A stretch of DNA of 64,000 nucleotides from Candidatus Cloacimonadota bacterium (GTDB taxonomy: Bacteria; Cloacimonadota; Cloacimonadia; JGIOTU-2), in contig JBNGBT010000012.1 in NCBI GenBank assembly GCA_049903315.1, positions 1 to 64,000 of the forward strand. Reading direction: 5' to 3'. The stretch's first letter is position 1; every line of letters starts with the position of its first letter. Both the position numbers and the translations under genes were made by a program. This document shows positions 27,796-38,240 of the stretch, piece by piece. The notes below the pieces were generated by a model. The model saw only the letters and a list, made by a program, of their open reading frames with translations. It had not been told where the DNA came from and ran no database searches.

Positions 27796-29790
27796 TTATA
27801 CATTTTTTCTGGCTTCCTTGATGCAGTCCATAAGAAAATTCATGGCTTTTTCATCTACGAATGGTGACATTACGAATGATTTAATAGCAAAAATTGGCGT
27901 GCCATATGCCGTATTGCGATAGCATTCTGTTATTGAAAGGGCAATACCTTCTCCATTCTCCATCTGCTTGTGCAGCTCATCAAACACTCTTCGGTTATAG
28001 TCGTTATGAACTTTCAATTGATCTGCCAGACCCGGAGTTTTAATCTCCATATTGTATGTTGAAGCTGCGTCCATGCCATCAGGATAAAGTCTGAACAGGG
28101 TGACAGGTCCATAATTATACGTATTGAGGGGACATGCATAGTGTGTTTCTTCCAATTTTGAACGTAAAAATTCCGCCATTGACACAATATGCCCAAGGAT
28201 TGTTCGGTATCCTTCCTTACCCAATAAAATAAAATTAGCAAGTGCGGATAGGACAGCGCCACCAGAGCGTGATGTTTCCAGCGTAAAAACTCCTGGATGA
28301 TAACTCCCGAACTGGAACATGTAGGGCATCTCTGCTAAATTTCGTGTGATAAGATTCAGGTCTTCCTTATTTTTACAGAGGAAAAGGCTGGATACATATG
28401 GTCCATACCCGGTTTTATGGAAATCCAATCCAAGAGAATCAGCCATTTGAAGAGCGCGAATATTCACGCATGTATCCCACAGTGAACGCAGGGTACGAGC
28501 GGAAAATTCCATAGGATTGCCTTCGAAATCGTAATCATTGAAAACAGCCCATGCCCACCCGATAACTGCATCTGCATGAATATGCGGCCTGTAGGAAAGT
28601 TTGTATTCAGCAGCAAGATTATCCCTTAACCTGACGATGTATTCCAAATTGTCGATGCCAAAGGAGTCAGTCGTACCCATTGTTGCGATGATACAAGCGA
28701 TCTTTTTGCCTTGTTTTAATTGTTTTCTAAGAGTCGATTCCAAAGAGATCAGATCCATGGAATTATCACTATCTGTAGGGACGGAGACAATGCTGTCAGT
28801 CCCGATACCCAACCAACCCGAAACACTCACTTTTGCATAATGACCTGCTTCTGATGAGACGATGATTGGTTTTTCACCAACTCCATGTTTGAACGTTCCT
28901 GGCATTGCTTTCTCGAGACCGATTTTCAGACCATAGAGTACAGTCCCTGTTCCTCCAAATGTAAATATGCCAGCACTTTTGCTCTGATCGTAGCCGATAA
29001 GCGATGCGCACATGCTTGAAATTTCTACTTCAGCCTGGCTGACTTTATGACTATATTCATCCCAGATTATGTTTGGATTATAAATTGAGCCGAATAATTG
29101 CCCTACAATCGATGGAATAGTTGTGGGTGGAATAACATTTTCATGAAGATGGGGATGCCCCCAGATGACAATGCCCTGCATGTAATCAGCTATAGTTTGG
29201 ATCGTGTCTTCAAGTGTACACATTTTTTCCGATAACTTTTTGGTTCTAGCTTCAGTGTAATCCAGAGCAACTCGCTCGCCAAGGTAAGGTTTTTCTGTTT
29301 TCAGCCGGTCGATACAATTCAAGCCCTGCGAAATCGACTGAACAAAGTACGCATCACGGATGGGATCGGAAACAGGTGCGGGAAAAGAGTCTCGTACTTT
29401 TGAGAGCAGCTTCTGATAGGTAACTCCCTGCTCTCCATGCACATCAGATTTTTCTTCAGCCATCGTTCCGTTTGTGAAGGATTTCTCAAGTCCGATCAAT
29501 TCCAGCACTCTTCTCACGTTCGGTTGTATGTTCACCAGCCGAATTTTACTTACTGAGGATATGTTCTTTTTTTGCTCGATCTTCCCTGCTTTTTTGTAAA
29601 GGAAGATCAGGATTCGTACACCTGCACTAGAAATGTAATGAACTCCTGCAAAATCCAAAATGATGGGCAATTTTTCTTTGACAAGTAGTGGCTCTACCTT
29701 ATCTTCCAGCTCAGGAGCACTTTCAGCATTAAGAGGTCCAACACAATATACTATTATTCGATTTGCTCTTTTATCGATACCAATATCCAT
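27796..29790 (-). CDS. STAS (anti-sigma antagonist) domain fused to a group II PLP-dependent amino-acid decarboxylase
   Basis: N-terminal ILDFAGVHYISSAGVRIL...VRRVLELIGL; C-terminal FTFGGT, ATMGTT, HIHADA, DFHK; GGAGG RBS. Confidence 0.85.
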   Translation of the reverse strand: MDIGIDKRANRIIVYCVGPLNAESAPELEDKVEPLLVKEKLPIILDFAGVHYISSAGVRILIFLYKKAGKIEQKKNISSVSKIRLVNIQPNVRRVLELIGLEKSFTNGTMAEEKSDVHGEQGVTYQKLLSKVRDSFPAPVSDPIRDAYFVQSISQGLNCIDRLKTEKPYLGERVALDYTEARTKKLSEKMCTLEDTIQTIADYMQGIVIWGHPHLHENVIPPTTIPSIVGQLFGSIYNPNIIWDEYSHKVSQAEVEISSMCASLIGYDQSKSAGIFTFGGTGTVLYGLKIGLEKAMPGTFKHGVGEKPIIVSSEAGHYAKVSVSGWLGIGTDSIVSVPTDSDNSMDLISLESTLRKQLKQGKKIACIIATMGTTDSFGIDNLEYIVRLRDNLAAEYKLSYRPHIHADAVIGWAWAVFNDYDFEGNPMEFSARTLRSLWDTCVNIRALQMADSLGLDFHKTGYGPYVSSLFLCKNKEDLNLITRNLAEMPYMFQFGSYHPGVFTLETSRSGGAVLSALANFILLGKEGYRTILGHIVSMAEFLRSKLEETHYACPLNTYNYGPVTLFRLYPDGMDAASTYNMEIKTPGLADQLKVHNDYNRRVFDELHKQMENGEGIALSITECYRNTAYGTPIFAIKSFVMSPFVDEKAMNFLMDCIKEARKNV

Positions 29791-29841
29791 GTGTGACTCT
29801 CCTCCGTATTTTGTAATCTATAAAAATCCAACTAAAAAAAA

Positions 29842-29917
<76 letters not shown>

Positions 29918-29935
29918 ACCTAAAATTTATGTATA

Positions 29936-32900
29936 TTATTTTATTAAGAGGAGTCTTTTTACTCCGGACTCGTAATTCTCTGTCAATAATTTGTAGAGAT
30001 AAACGCCATTTGCCAGCGTTCTGCCGCTGTTGTCTTTACCATTCCATTGCACGGAAAAAGAGCCATTTGCAAATGGAATTTCGCGGACTTTCTGTCCTTT
30101 GATATTGAATACAGCAACTTTTGCCTGCTCGAAATGGAATGCTCCAGGATTATAAGAAATTGATGTAGAATTCTTAAATGGATTCGGGAAATTCTGATAA
30201 AGCATAAAATCATTGGACGGCATTTCTGGCTCAACTGCGTATGTCAGATTATCTGCATAATTGCCTGTTCTCTGTATGTTACCGCGATAAAGTGTCCATG
30301 GATGGAATGAGCCGTGAAGCTCCTTGTAATCCCAAACCGATATACCGGAAGTGGAACCTGCAATAATCTCGTAGTCACCATCTCCATCAAGATCGTGGAT
30401 AGCAATTGGTGAAGTAACTGAGGTCGGATTGCAAATTGGAAATTCCGGAAGCAGTGTCCCGTCATATGCATAACTATAAATATGACCATCCTGAGTTGCT
30501 GCAAGGATTTCTACATTCCCGTCGTTATTTATATCAGCTGCAAGGGGGCTTGTCTTGGACGTATTATTCATGCTTACAGGCCATCCATTTTGTGTCACTC
30601 CACTTGCATCTAGTATTCGCACTTCTCCATTCAAAGAAGAATAGCTGATGTTGAACGCGCCACCCGGATACTTCGCAAATGCAATAGGAGAAGAGAACAA
30701 ACTTGCGGATAGATTCTCTTGATGGATAATTGTGCCAGTGTTATCAATTATATACAGCTTATTGCTGCTATTTCCAAAGGTGATATAATTCGTATCAAAA
30801 ATAACTGGTGAAGACCAAATATGGGATTCTGTCTGCACAGGGAATCCAGTGAGTACTTCTGCATTGCTGTCTATGGCATACACTTTACCATTTGTTAAGC
30901 CGACGATCATATCCATAACACCATCTTCGTTAATGTCCCCGACTGCGACATCAGAGCACAGAGGTGCATCAAATTCGTAGGGGAAATTCATGAAATCATT
31001 TCCTTCATAATCTAGCACATAGAGTTTGCCGTCAATGCTGGAAACTATCGTTTCAAGGAAACCATTATCATCAAGATCGGCAAGGGCTGGTGTGGTTATT
31101 ATCTGTCCGCCAGCAGTATAGGAGAAAACCTGTGATCCGTCATAATTAATGGCATAGATCGCACCATTTCTTCCGGCTATAACAAGTTCAAGTTCATCAT
31201 CATTATCTATATCGCCAGCCGCAAGAGATGCCCATACCTCGTCATTAAGCTGGATAGGAAAACCAGGTTTTGTCTGTGCATCTGTAGTGATCGCATACAC
31301 ATTACCCATGCGGTCAACTGTGACGATCTCATCCTCACCGTCATTATCAAAATCAATCACAATTGGTGAAGATTTCACTTCTGCACCGAGATATGTGGGC
31401 CAGTTCGTTTGTAAAAGAGAAATCTGGAATGTGCCATAATACGTCTTATCAAAGGGATAAGTTGCAGTTTGATTCGAGGTAATATGAAGCTGGAAATGAA
31501 TATCTTCGTATCCGCAACTGTTGCTGACAGTAAATACAAATGGATTCGAGATATTATCAATGCTGTTACCAGCTGAAAGAGATCCGTAGTTATATGTACT
31601 GTTCTGAACCAAAATAAAGCTGCTATCGCAAATGAATTCGACTTCTATATTCTCAGCAGTCTGCCAGTCAGGCATATTTCGGATCTCGACGACCATTTCG
31701 ATTTGTTCGCCAGGATTGATTATGCCGTCATTGTCTCCAGTTGTATCGAAAAATTCTATATTCGCGACTTCTAAGTATGGAAATTCTCCATCAGTCATGA
31801 TAACAGTAGTTCCGGGATCTCCGAACAAGACCAATTCATAGTAACACCAACGCATCCATGGATTATCAACTGTCGAAACGAGCGCTACTTTGGAGTAGTT
31901 ATTGGCTTTGCCAAGTTCTCTGATATTCTCGATAAAAAGTGCATCAAAAAAGGTTCTGTCAAACTGCTGTGAAGTGCCCTCGATTGAACCGGGAGAATAC
32001 CAACCGTAACGTGTATTCCCGACAAAAGCCATTGGGCCGTGCTCTGCGATGACAAGGCGTTCACCCACACATTCTGCGGATCCGCTTGTACCATCATCAA
32101 AGGCAGCAGGATAACAGCCTTGAGTATACATGAAGCCATATTCATCATTGATAAATGAGTCAGGAGTGTTCGGGCTCATCCCCATAAGGATGCTATAATT
32201 CGCATGCCCCATGTGATTTATGATTCCCATTCCTGAATTGATCGCATTTTTTACTGCAGTTCCGGAATAGGTTCCTTCGCGCTGATATAATGTATAAAAA
32301 TGATAATTATCTACAGGAATTCGGGTCGCGACATCGTCTTTATAATCACCACCCCAGGTCACAGGATTCCAGTTGAGATTTTCCCCTACCATGCATGCTT
32401 TTTCAAGCGCGGGTTTTGGCTCATCAGTATAACTCTGGATTTTATTGATAGCATTTACGAAATCCTGCTGAACATCTCCGGGGATTCTTCCAACTGAGAC
32501 TTCGGGGTAGAAATCAGGATTATCTTCCATTTCACCATATCTGCTGTCACCATCTCCATTCCAGTTCCCATCCAGCCCTTCATAATAAAGGTCGGAAGGA
32601 ATGTAGCCGATCGTGCCGCCGGCAGCCACATAAAAACTCACACTTGGGATAATCTCGTCATCCCCACCAAGCAATACATATTCAAGAGGATTGCTTGAGC
32701 CAGCCCAAAAAGTATATGCAATGATAAGAAAATTTCGTATTTTCTCTGCTTCATTAGCACCGGCATAGTTGTCCAGGATGTCTTCAACTGTATAAATCTC
32801 TGCCTGAACGCCACGGTTTATTTTCCAATTCTTAAAACCAGTAAAGGTGGGAAGAAAATTTTCAGAAGTAATAATAATATAATCATGAGGATCTGTTGGA

Positions 32901-33556
32901 TCTACAAGATTGTCACGAAAGGATACTTTTGCTTCTTTACCGATATATGAGTGTTTTTCATAGGAGTTGTCCACCATAGCATCAAGTTTGGAAAGGACTG
33001 TATCTGAATTCTGCAGCATTTTTGATTGATAGTCCGCAATCTCCTGATCATACACCGTTTCTACTTCCAATGACCAGTTTGAAGCATACTCAACAGTGCC
33101 TGTTCCCGGAATATATCTGATTGGAAACACATTGATTAATGCTATGGAATGGCCTTTATACATCTCTGTACTGATCAGCTTGTATTCAACTGCAGGATAA
33201 GGCGCATCTGATTTGTAGAGCACCTCATTTTTGAGTGTAGGAATGATTTCCGTAACACTCGTGGGCTGCTGGTTTCTGGCAAAATCAATATATGTATCAG
33301 TGGAGACGAGATCCCAATCTGAATGAGAAATCATGATATCGGATATCTTTTCGCCAAAAGGAAGAAGTATCTTTGCTCCGTAAAAAGGAATAAGAGGTTC
33401 GCCTGGAACCTGTTGCACGGTAGCAAGATCTGCAACTATTCGATTTTCAATAATCGAAGGGCGGTCAAAAGTGAAGTCCACTTGAAGATCTGATGTATAG
33501 GCAAGACTTAACGTCAGAAATAATGTACTAACGACTACAAGAAGGTATTTTTTCAT
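29936..33556 (-). CDS. Gingipain-like C25 cysteine peptidase with FG-GAP repeats and C-terminal FlgD/T9SS-like sorting domain
   Basis: Signal peptide and propeptide; YVLLGGD, SDLYY, VGRIP, NHMGH and QGC dyad, LFGDP; repeated DxDxDG motifs; QNFPNPF...GVYLYKL. Confidence 0.9.
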   Translation of the reverse strand: MKKYLLVVVSTLFLTLSLAYTSDLQVDFTFDRPSIIENRIVADLATVQQVPGEPLIPFYGAKILLPFGEKISDIMISHSDWDLVSTDTYIDFARNQQPTSVTEIIPTLKNEVLYKSDAPYPAVEYKLISTEMYKGHSIALINVFPIRYIPGTGTVEYASNWSLEVETVYDQEIADYQSKMLQNSDTVLSKLDAMVDNSYEKHSYIGKEAKVSFRDNLVDPTDPHDYIIITSENFLPTFTGFKNWKINRGVQAEIYTVEDILDNYAGANEAEKIRNFLIIAYTFWAGSSNPLEYVLLGGDDEIIPSVSFYVAAGGTIGYIPSDLYYEGLDGNWNGDGDSRYGEMEDNPDFYPEVSVGRIPGDVQQDFVNAINKIQSYTDEPKPALEKACMVGENLNWNPVTWGGDYKDDVATRIPVDNYHFYTLYQREGTYSGTAVKNAINSGMGIINHMGHANYSILMGMSPNTPDSFINDEYGFMYTQGCYPAAFDDGTSGSAECVGERLVIAEHGPMAFVGNTRYGWYSPGSIEGTSQQFDRTFFDALFIENIRELGKANNYSKVALVSTVDNPWMRWCYYELVLFGDPGTTVIMTDGEFPYLEVANIEFFDTTGDNDGIINPGEQIEMVVEIRNMPDWQTAENIEVEFICDSSFILVQNSTYNYGSLSAGNSIDNISNPFVFTVSNSCGYEDIHFQLHITSNQTATYPFDKTYYGTFQISLLQTNWPTYLGAEVKSSPIVIDFDNDGEDEIVTVDRMGNVYAITTDAQTKPGFPIQLNDEVWASLAAGDIDNDDELELVIAGRNGAIYAINYDGSQVFSYTAGGQIITTPALADLDDNGFLETIVSSIDGKLYVLDYEGNDFMNFPYEFDAPLCSDVAVGDINEDGVMDMIVGLTNGKVYAIDSNAEVLTGFPVQTESHIWSSPVIFDTNYITFGNSSNKLYIIDNTGTIIHQENLSASLFSSPIAFAKYPGGAFNISYSSLNGEVRILDASGVTQNGWPVSMNNTSKTSPLAADINNDGNVEILAATQDGHIYSYAYDGTLLPEFPICNPTSVTSPIAIHDLDGDGDYEIIAGSTSGISVWDYKELHGSFHPWTLYRGNIQRTGNYADNLTYAVEPEMPSNDFMLYQNFPNPFKNSTSISYNPGAFHFEQAKVAVFNIKGQKVREIPFANGSFSVQWNGKDNSGRTLANGVYLYKLLTENYESGVKRLLLIK

Positions 33557-33587
33557 TTATGCTCCTAATAACTTATATTTTTTCACA

Positions 33588-34158
33588 TTAACCACAAACT
33601 TCAGTTTGTGGTAACAGAACATCAATGGGTGAAGTCCTTTCAAGGACTTCCCAATAAATCATATTTTTCCATATAATGTTCCCATTCATCCAAAAAGGTT
33701 ACTTTCTTATGATGCTCTTTTTGATTATTTATATACTGAATTATACTATTAATTTCACTATTTGAAACAGAAAAAGCCGCATATCTCTTAGACCAACTAA
33801 ATCTTGTTTTGAAAAGCCCAACTTCATTAATTGAATGTGATGATATACCTTTCAAATATTGCAACAATTTTTCGATAGATAAATTAACAGGCAAATCAAC
33901 AAGTAAGTGTACATGTTCAGGATTTATATAGCCCGTCTTATAATATATTTCGTGTTGTTTACAAATATCCTTTAATATTATAATCACTTTTTTTGATATG
34001 TCGGCATCTACAAAATAAGGATATCTTTCTTTAGTTGACCAGATCAAATGTAACCAGCACACTTTCATAGAATGTTTAGGCATTATTCATCATCGTAAGC
34101 CATTGAAATGGCTGGTCATCTGGTTCGGGTAATCCCACACGCTGAAGCGTGTGGTTAA
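33588..34158 (-). mobile_element. IS200/IS605-family element with paired REP-like hairpin ends
   Basis: tnpA flanked by inverted copies of CCAC-nnn-CTGAAG-nnn-GTGGTTAA hairpins (33588-33614, 34135-34158) and TTGAAA-loop hairpins (33631-33650, 34097-34113). Confidence 0.75.
33640..34083 (-). CDS. tnpA: IS200/IS605 Y1 HUH transposase
   Basis: HLIWSTKER, EHVHLL (HUH), LKGISS, W...Y, YINNQKEHH. Confidence 0.92.
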   Translation of the reverse strand: MPKHSMKVCWLHLIWSTKERYPYFVDADISKKVIIILKDICKQHEIYYKTGYINPEHVHLLVDLPVNLSIEKLLQYLKGISSHSINEVGLFKTRFSWSKRYAAFSVSNSEINSIIQYINNQKEHHKKVTFLDEWEHYMEKYDLLGSP

Positions 34159-34341
34159 TAAGATTCTTCTTTTCATATTTTTATATTCAAGCTTATAATA
34201 TCATTTATTCATTGATTCTATATATTTCTATTAAAATGTAGGAAGGTGATATTTTTTGTCAAAATTAACGGAAATAAGGAGCTCTGATTTGTGGACTCCA
34301 AATTTACATTGTATGAGAGATATTCTATGAATTAAACGAGA

Positions 34342-35667
34342 CTAAACCGACAGATCCTTCTGCAATTGTCTTTGATAATAACGGGCTTTTTCAAAGAGTT
34401 CATCTTCATTGATTTCAACCAGCTTTCGGTCACGCATGAGGAGTCTGCCATTAATAATGACATCCTTCACTGACTCGCTGTGCATCGTGTATACAAGATG
34501 GGAATACACATTATACATAGGCATATTTTCAAGTTTGTTACGCTCAAGAAGAATTATATCTGCCTTCTTTCCAACTTCGAGAGACCCTAACTCATCTTCT
34601 TGATTAAATATCTTTGCGGCTTCTATTGTGACCATACGCACAACTTCTTCAGCGGGAAGGAATGTTGGATCATTATTGATTGCTTTGTGTACTTTTGCAG
34701 TCATGTCCATCTCATCAAGAATACTGAGATTATTATTGCTTGCCACACCGTCAGTCGCCAATGAGATAGTAACTCCATTATTCTTATAGCCCTTGATCGG
34801 TGCAAATCCGGATGAGAGTTTCAGATTACATTCTGTGCATATATTTACACCTACCTCTTTTTCTGCAAGCAGTCTCTGTTCTTGCTCGTCAATCCATACC
34901 CCATGGGCAAGTGATACATCATTCCCAAGAAAACCAATCGAATCCAGATGCTGTACAGGACGTACTCCGTACTCTTTCATACAATCAACGACCTCTTTCC
35001 TGGCTTCTGAAAGGTGCGTATGAATTAGCATCTTATGAGCACGTGCTTCTTCTGCTGCTCTTATAAGATTTTCTTTCGAGCATGTATAGATAGAATGGGG
35101 CATCATTGCAAAATCAATAAGTTCATTATCTTTGAATTCTTCATGACCTTCAAGAGCATAATTTATCATACTTTCGGGAGTTTTATGAAATGCCATTGGA
35201 AAATCGAGAATGCCTTCTCCAAGGATCGCGCGCATACCTGCTTTTGTCGCGGCACGCGCTGTTTCTTTGGAGTAAAAATACATGTCATTTATCATTGTGA
35301 TTCCGTTTTTTATAAGTTCAGCACATGCATAAAATGAAGAATCATACACGAATTGAGCTTTGACGAATTTTTCTTCGGCAGGCCAAATGTGATCTTCTAA
35401 CCACGATTGAAGTAAAAGGTCATCCGCATATCCTCGAAAGAACGACATGGCAATATGGCTATGCCCATTTATAAAACCTGGCATTACTATTTTTGATGAT
35501 GCATCAATGATCTTATCGCCGTTATAGTTGTTCTCAATTTCCTCAGTGGCTCCGATCGACACTATTTTTCCTTTATCAATTGCTATTGCCCCATACTCTA
35601 TTATTTCCATTTCAGAATTGATGGTGACGATGTATCCATTTTTAATTACAATATCGATATTTTGCAT
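34342..35667 (-). CDS. mtaD: 5'-methylthioadenosine/S-adenosylhomocysteine deaminase family amidohydrolase
   Basis: NGHSH, FRGYADD, WLEDHIWPAE, DMYF, PHSIYT, HTHLSE, TDGVASNN. Confidence 0.8.
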   Translation of the reverse strand: MQNIDIVIKNGYIVTINSEMEIIEYGAIAIDKGKIVSIGATEEIENNYNGDKIIDASSKIVMPGFINGHSHIAMSFFRGYADDLLLQSWLEDHIWPAEEKFVKAQFVYDSSFYACAELIKNGITMINDMYFYSKETARAATKAGMRAILGEGILDFPMAFHKTPESMINYALEGHEEFKDNELIDFAMMPHSIYTCSKENLIRAAEEARAHKMLIHTHLSEARKEVVDCMKEYGVRPVQHLDSIGFLGNDVSLAHGVWIDEQEQRLLAEKEVGVNICTECNLKLSSGFAPIKGYKNNGVTISLATDGVASNNNLSILDEMDMTAKVHKAINNDPTFLPAEEVVRMVTIEAAKIFNQEDELGSLEVGKKADIILLERNKLENMPMYNVYSHLVYTMHSESVKDVIINGRLLMRDRKLVEINEDELFEKARYYQRQLQKDLSV

Positions 35668-35692
35668 ATATGTTCCCTAACCAGAATTTTCT

Positions 35693-36514
35693 TTAAATAT
35701 TCTTTATGATATGATAGAGCTTATCGCCCATAATGTGAACTTTTTTATTTTTATCCGAACGCCAGTCTTTAATAGTGTTTTTTGTAAGAAGGACAAAGTC
35801 ATCATTTTTGTCTTTGGAATTTGAACTTTTCAGACTATTTGCAAGCTTTTTCATGGAGACCCAGATGGTTTTCACCCTGCGGTCGTCAGCGTCTTTGAGA
35901 AGCTCCTGAACATAGGGATATACTTCTGCCGGACGTGAGCGTGCTATTTGAATAAGTGTATGTGTAATCTTCTTTTGCACTTCAAGACTCTCATCATCAA
36001 TGATCTTTATAATGAATTCCATGACAAAATGAGGATCTTTTATAGATAAGTTTTCCAAACCGTGGAAGGATAATGAGCGCTTTCTTTCATCTGTACTTTC
36101 TATCCATTTGAGCATATTCTGCTTCATGAGCTGGGGATAATCTTTCCAGAAGAGATCCATTATGTTTTCAGCTTCCCATTTGATTGAATCATAATATTCA
36201 CTCACTATCTCGATCATTGCTTCGGGCTGCTTTTTATAATAATACAAAAAGAAGAAAAGTGCAGTTGCACGTTTTGTATATATCTTGGAATCCAGCAATC
36301 CCCTCATCAGGTCTGCAAGCTTGTCCTTCTCGTCTGAATCAGCAGCAGTTTTCCCAACGATTTCACGACCGAAATAATTCTTACACGCAGCAAGTTCCTC
36401 GATTTTCTTCGTTCCTTTTTTCTCATTTGATTTATATATTTCAAGAGCGGCAATCGTTTCTTGTTGTAATTCTTTTTCTTCTCTATCTGTTAAACGTCCA
36501 ATTTTATTTACCAT
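35693..36514 (-). CDS. HEAT-repeat (DNA alkylation repair-like) protein
   Basis: Helical repeats such as IIDDESLEVQKKITHTL and WIESTDERKR. Confidence 0.6.
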   Translation of the reverse strand: MVNKIGRLTDREEKELQQETIAALEIYKSNEKKGTKKIEELAACKNYFGREIVGKTAADSDEKDKLADLMRGLLDSKIYTKRATALFFFLYYYKKQPEAMIEIVSEYYDSIKWEAENIMDLFWKDYPQLMKQNMLKWIESTDERKRSLSFHGLENLSIKDPHFVMEFIIKIIDDESLEVQKKITHTLIQIARSRPAEVYPYVQELLKDADDRRVKTIWVSMKKLANSLKSSNSKDKNDDFVLLTKNTIKDWRSDKNKKVHIMGDKLYHIIKNI

Positions 36515-36903
36515 GATAATCCTTTCGTGGAATTGAATACATTTTGTCTGATGAAACTGATGTATAGTATATAAGAAATCCTGTAAATAACAAATTACTT
36601 ATCCATTCTCCTCATGGGGTATGTGCGATTGCAACTTGTTTTGGTTATGAAAAAAGAAACCGGGTTTATGTTGTCAAGAATTAAAAAAACAAAACCGGAA
36701 AGGATATCAAAACAATCCTCTTTCTACCTTTTCGAATCTACCAAAATCCTTGAGCACATCATTCTCATCCCTTCAGTGCTTAAATCGAAAAATAGAGAAG
36801 ATCAAAAAATTAATTTTGATGAAATAAGACCTTAAGCTTCCCCAAGCCAGTCTCCATTATATCACGACTTGATAAACTGGTGCTTGGTAAAGTGCAAATA
36901 TAT

Positions 36904-36930
36904 AAAAAGGGCTGATTGCTTTCAGCCCTT
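36904..36930 (-). terminator. Rho-independent terminator after gcvT
   Basis: Minus strand AAGGGCTGA-aagcaa-TCAGCCCTT followed by T tract. Confidence 0.75.
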
Positions 36931-36968
36931 GAATATTTTCCTGCATTCTGAATGTATGCTTCGTCTGT

Positions 36969-38072
36969 TTATTTCTTGATAGTACCTTCTCTATAAAAGG
37001 GTGGCTTGATTACTGTAGCAGGATACATTGTTCCACGTATCTCTATGTCGATCTGGGTGCCTGCTTTCATATAATCGCGATGCACATAACCGGTTCCAAT
37101 GCCGACTCCCAAACTCGGTGACATTGTACCGCTGCGAACTTCCCCTATTTCTTTACCATCTTTAATTATCTTATAATGTGGTCGAGGAATCCCTTTTTCG
37201 GTCATGATAAATGGGACAAGCTTTCTTTGTATCTTTTCCTGATTGACTTTTTCAAGAGCCGTTTTTCCAATAAAATCATCTTTTTCAAACTTCACAGCCC
37301 AACGAAGCCCTGCTTCCAGCGGATTGGTTCCTTTATCAATATCATTGCCATAGAGAGGATATTTCATTTCAAGCCGAAGGGTGTCGCGTGCTCCAAGTCC
37401 TATCGGCTCGATACCGAATTCTTTTCCCGCATCTTCGACTTTGTTCCACATTTCTTCAGCTCGAGCAAGGTTGGTGAAATATATCTCAAATCCGTCTTCA
37501 CCTGTATAACCTGTTCGGGATACCAAAGCAGGCACACCATCAATTTCCGAATGTATAAAATGATAATACTCAAGTGTTGACAAATCATCCTTCACAAGCT
37601 TCTGCATGACGGCTTCTGCACGAGGACCCTGCACTCCGATCAGTGCTGTATCATCACTCACATTGATTAGCTCGACACCGTCAATAAGATTGCTTTTCAG
37701 CCATTCAAAATCTTTCTCAAGGTTTGACGCATTGACCACGAGATAATAAAAATCCACATCTCTATACACCAGCAGATCATCGACAATTCCCCCATCAGGA
37801 TAGCACATGTTGCTGTATTGCACCTGCCCGACAACAAGTCCTGCAACATCATTGATTGTTGTATTCTGTAAAAATTCAAGGGCGTTTGTTCCTTTTACTA
37901 TGAATTCCCCCATGTGACTGAGATCGAACATGCCGACTGATTCACGGACTTTTTTATGCTCATGCACAATACCGTACTTGTACTGAATGGGCATTTCATA
38001 TCCGGCGAATGGTAATATCTTTGCCCCTTTTTCTTTATGAATTGCGTAAAAAGGTGTCTTCTTAACCATCAT
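36969..38072 (-). CDS. gcvT: Glycine cleavage system T protein
   Basis: FAGYEMPIQY, FDLSHMGE, VNASN, SRTGYTGEDGFE, GLGARDTLRLE. Confidence 0.97.
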   Translation of the reverse strand: MMVKKTPFYAIHKEKGAKILPFAGYEMPIQYKYGIVHEHKKVRESVGMFDLSHMGEFIVKGTNALEFLQNTTINDVAGLVVGQVQYSNMCYPDGGIVDDLLVYRDVDFYYLVVNASNLEKDFEWLKSNLIDGVELINVSDDTALIGVQGPRAEAVMQKLVKDDLSTLEYYHFIHSEIDGVPALVSRTGYTGEDGFEIYFTNLARAEEMWNKVEDAGKEFGIEPIGLGARDTLRLEMKYPLYGNDIDKGTNPLEAGLRWAVKFEKDDFIGKTALEKVNQEKIQRKLVPFIMTEKGIPRPHYKIIKDGKEIGEVRSGTMSPSLGVGIGTGYVHRDYMKAGTQIDIEIRGTMYPATVIKPPFYREGTIKK

Positions 38073-38096
38073 TACTCCTTAAATTTAATATTTTTT

Positions 38097-38240
38097 ACCA
38101 TGAAAAGCACGAAAAGATCCTTTAAGAGAGAACATTCTTTTAACTTTATTTTTATTATTTTCGTGCCTGCCTTGACGTATCCGCCACCTGATTGTGCCAA
38201 TGGTACAATAATAGGCGGAGAAGACTGGTGTTTCGTGGTT
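38097..38240. repeat. Nested palindromic repeat complex upstream of gcvT
   Basis: Outer arms accatgaaaagcacgaaaa / ttttcgtgc...tttcgtggtt; the right arm is interrupted by tccgcc...attgtgcc-aat-ggtacaat...ggcgga. Confidence 0.6.

Noticed and set aside
36614..36835. 73-aa plus-strand ORF in the gap downstream of gcvT
   Set aside because: No motif, and it overlaps the likely promoter of the minus-strand HEAT gene; not supportable.
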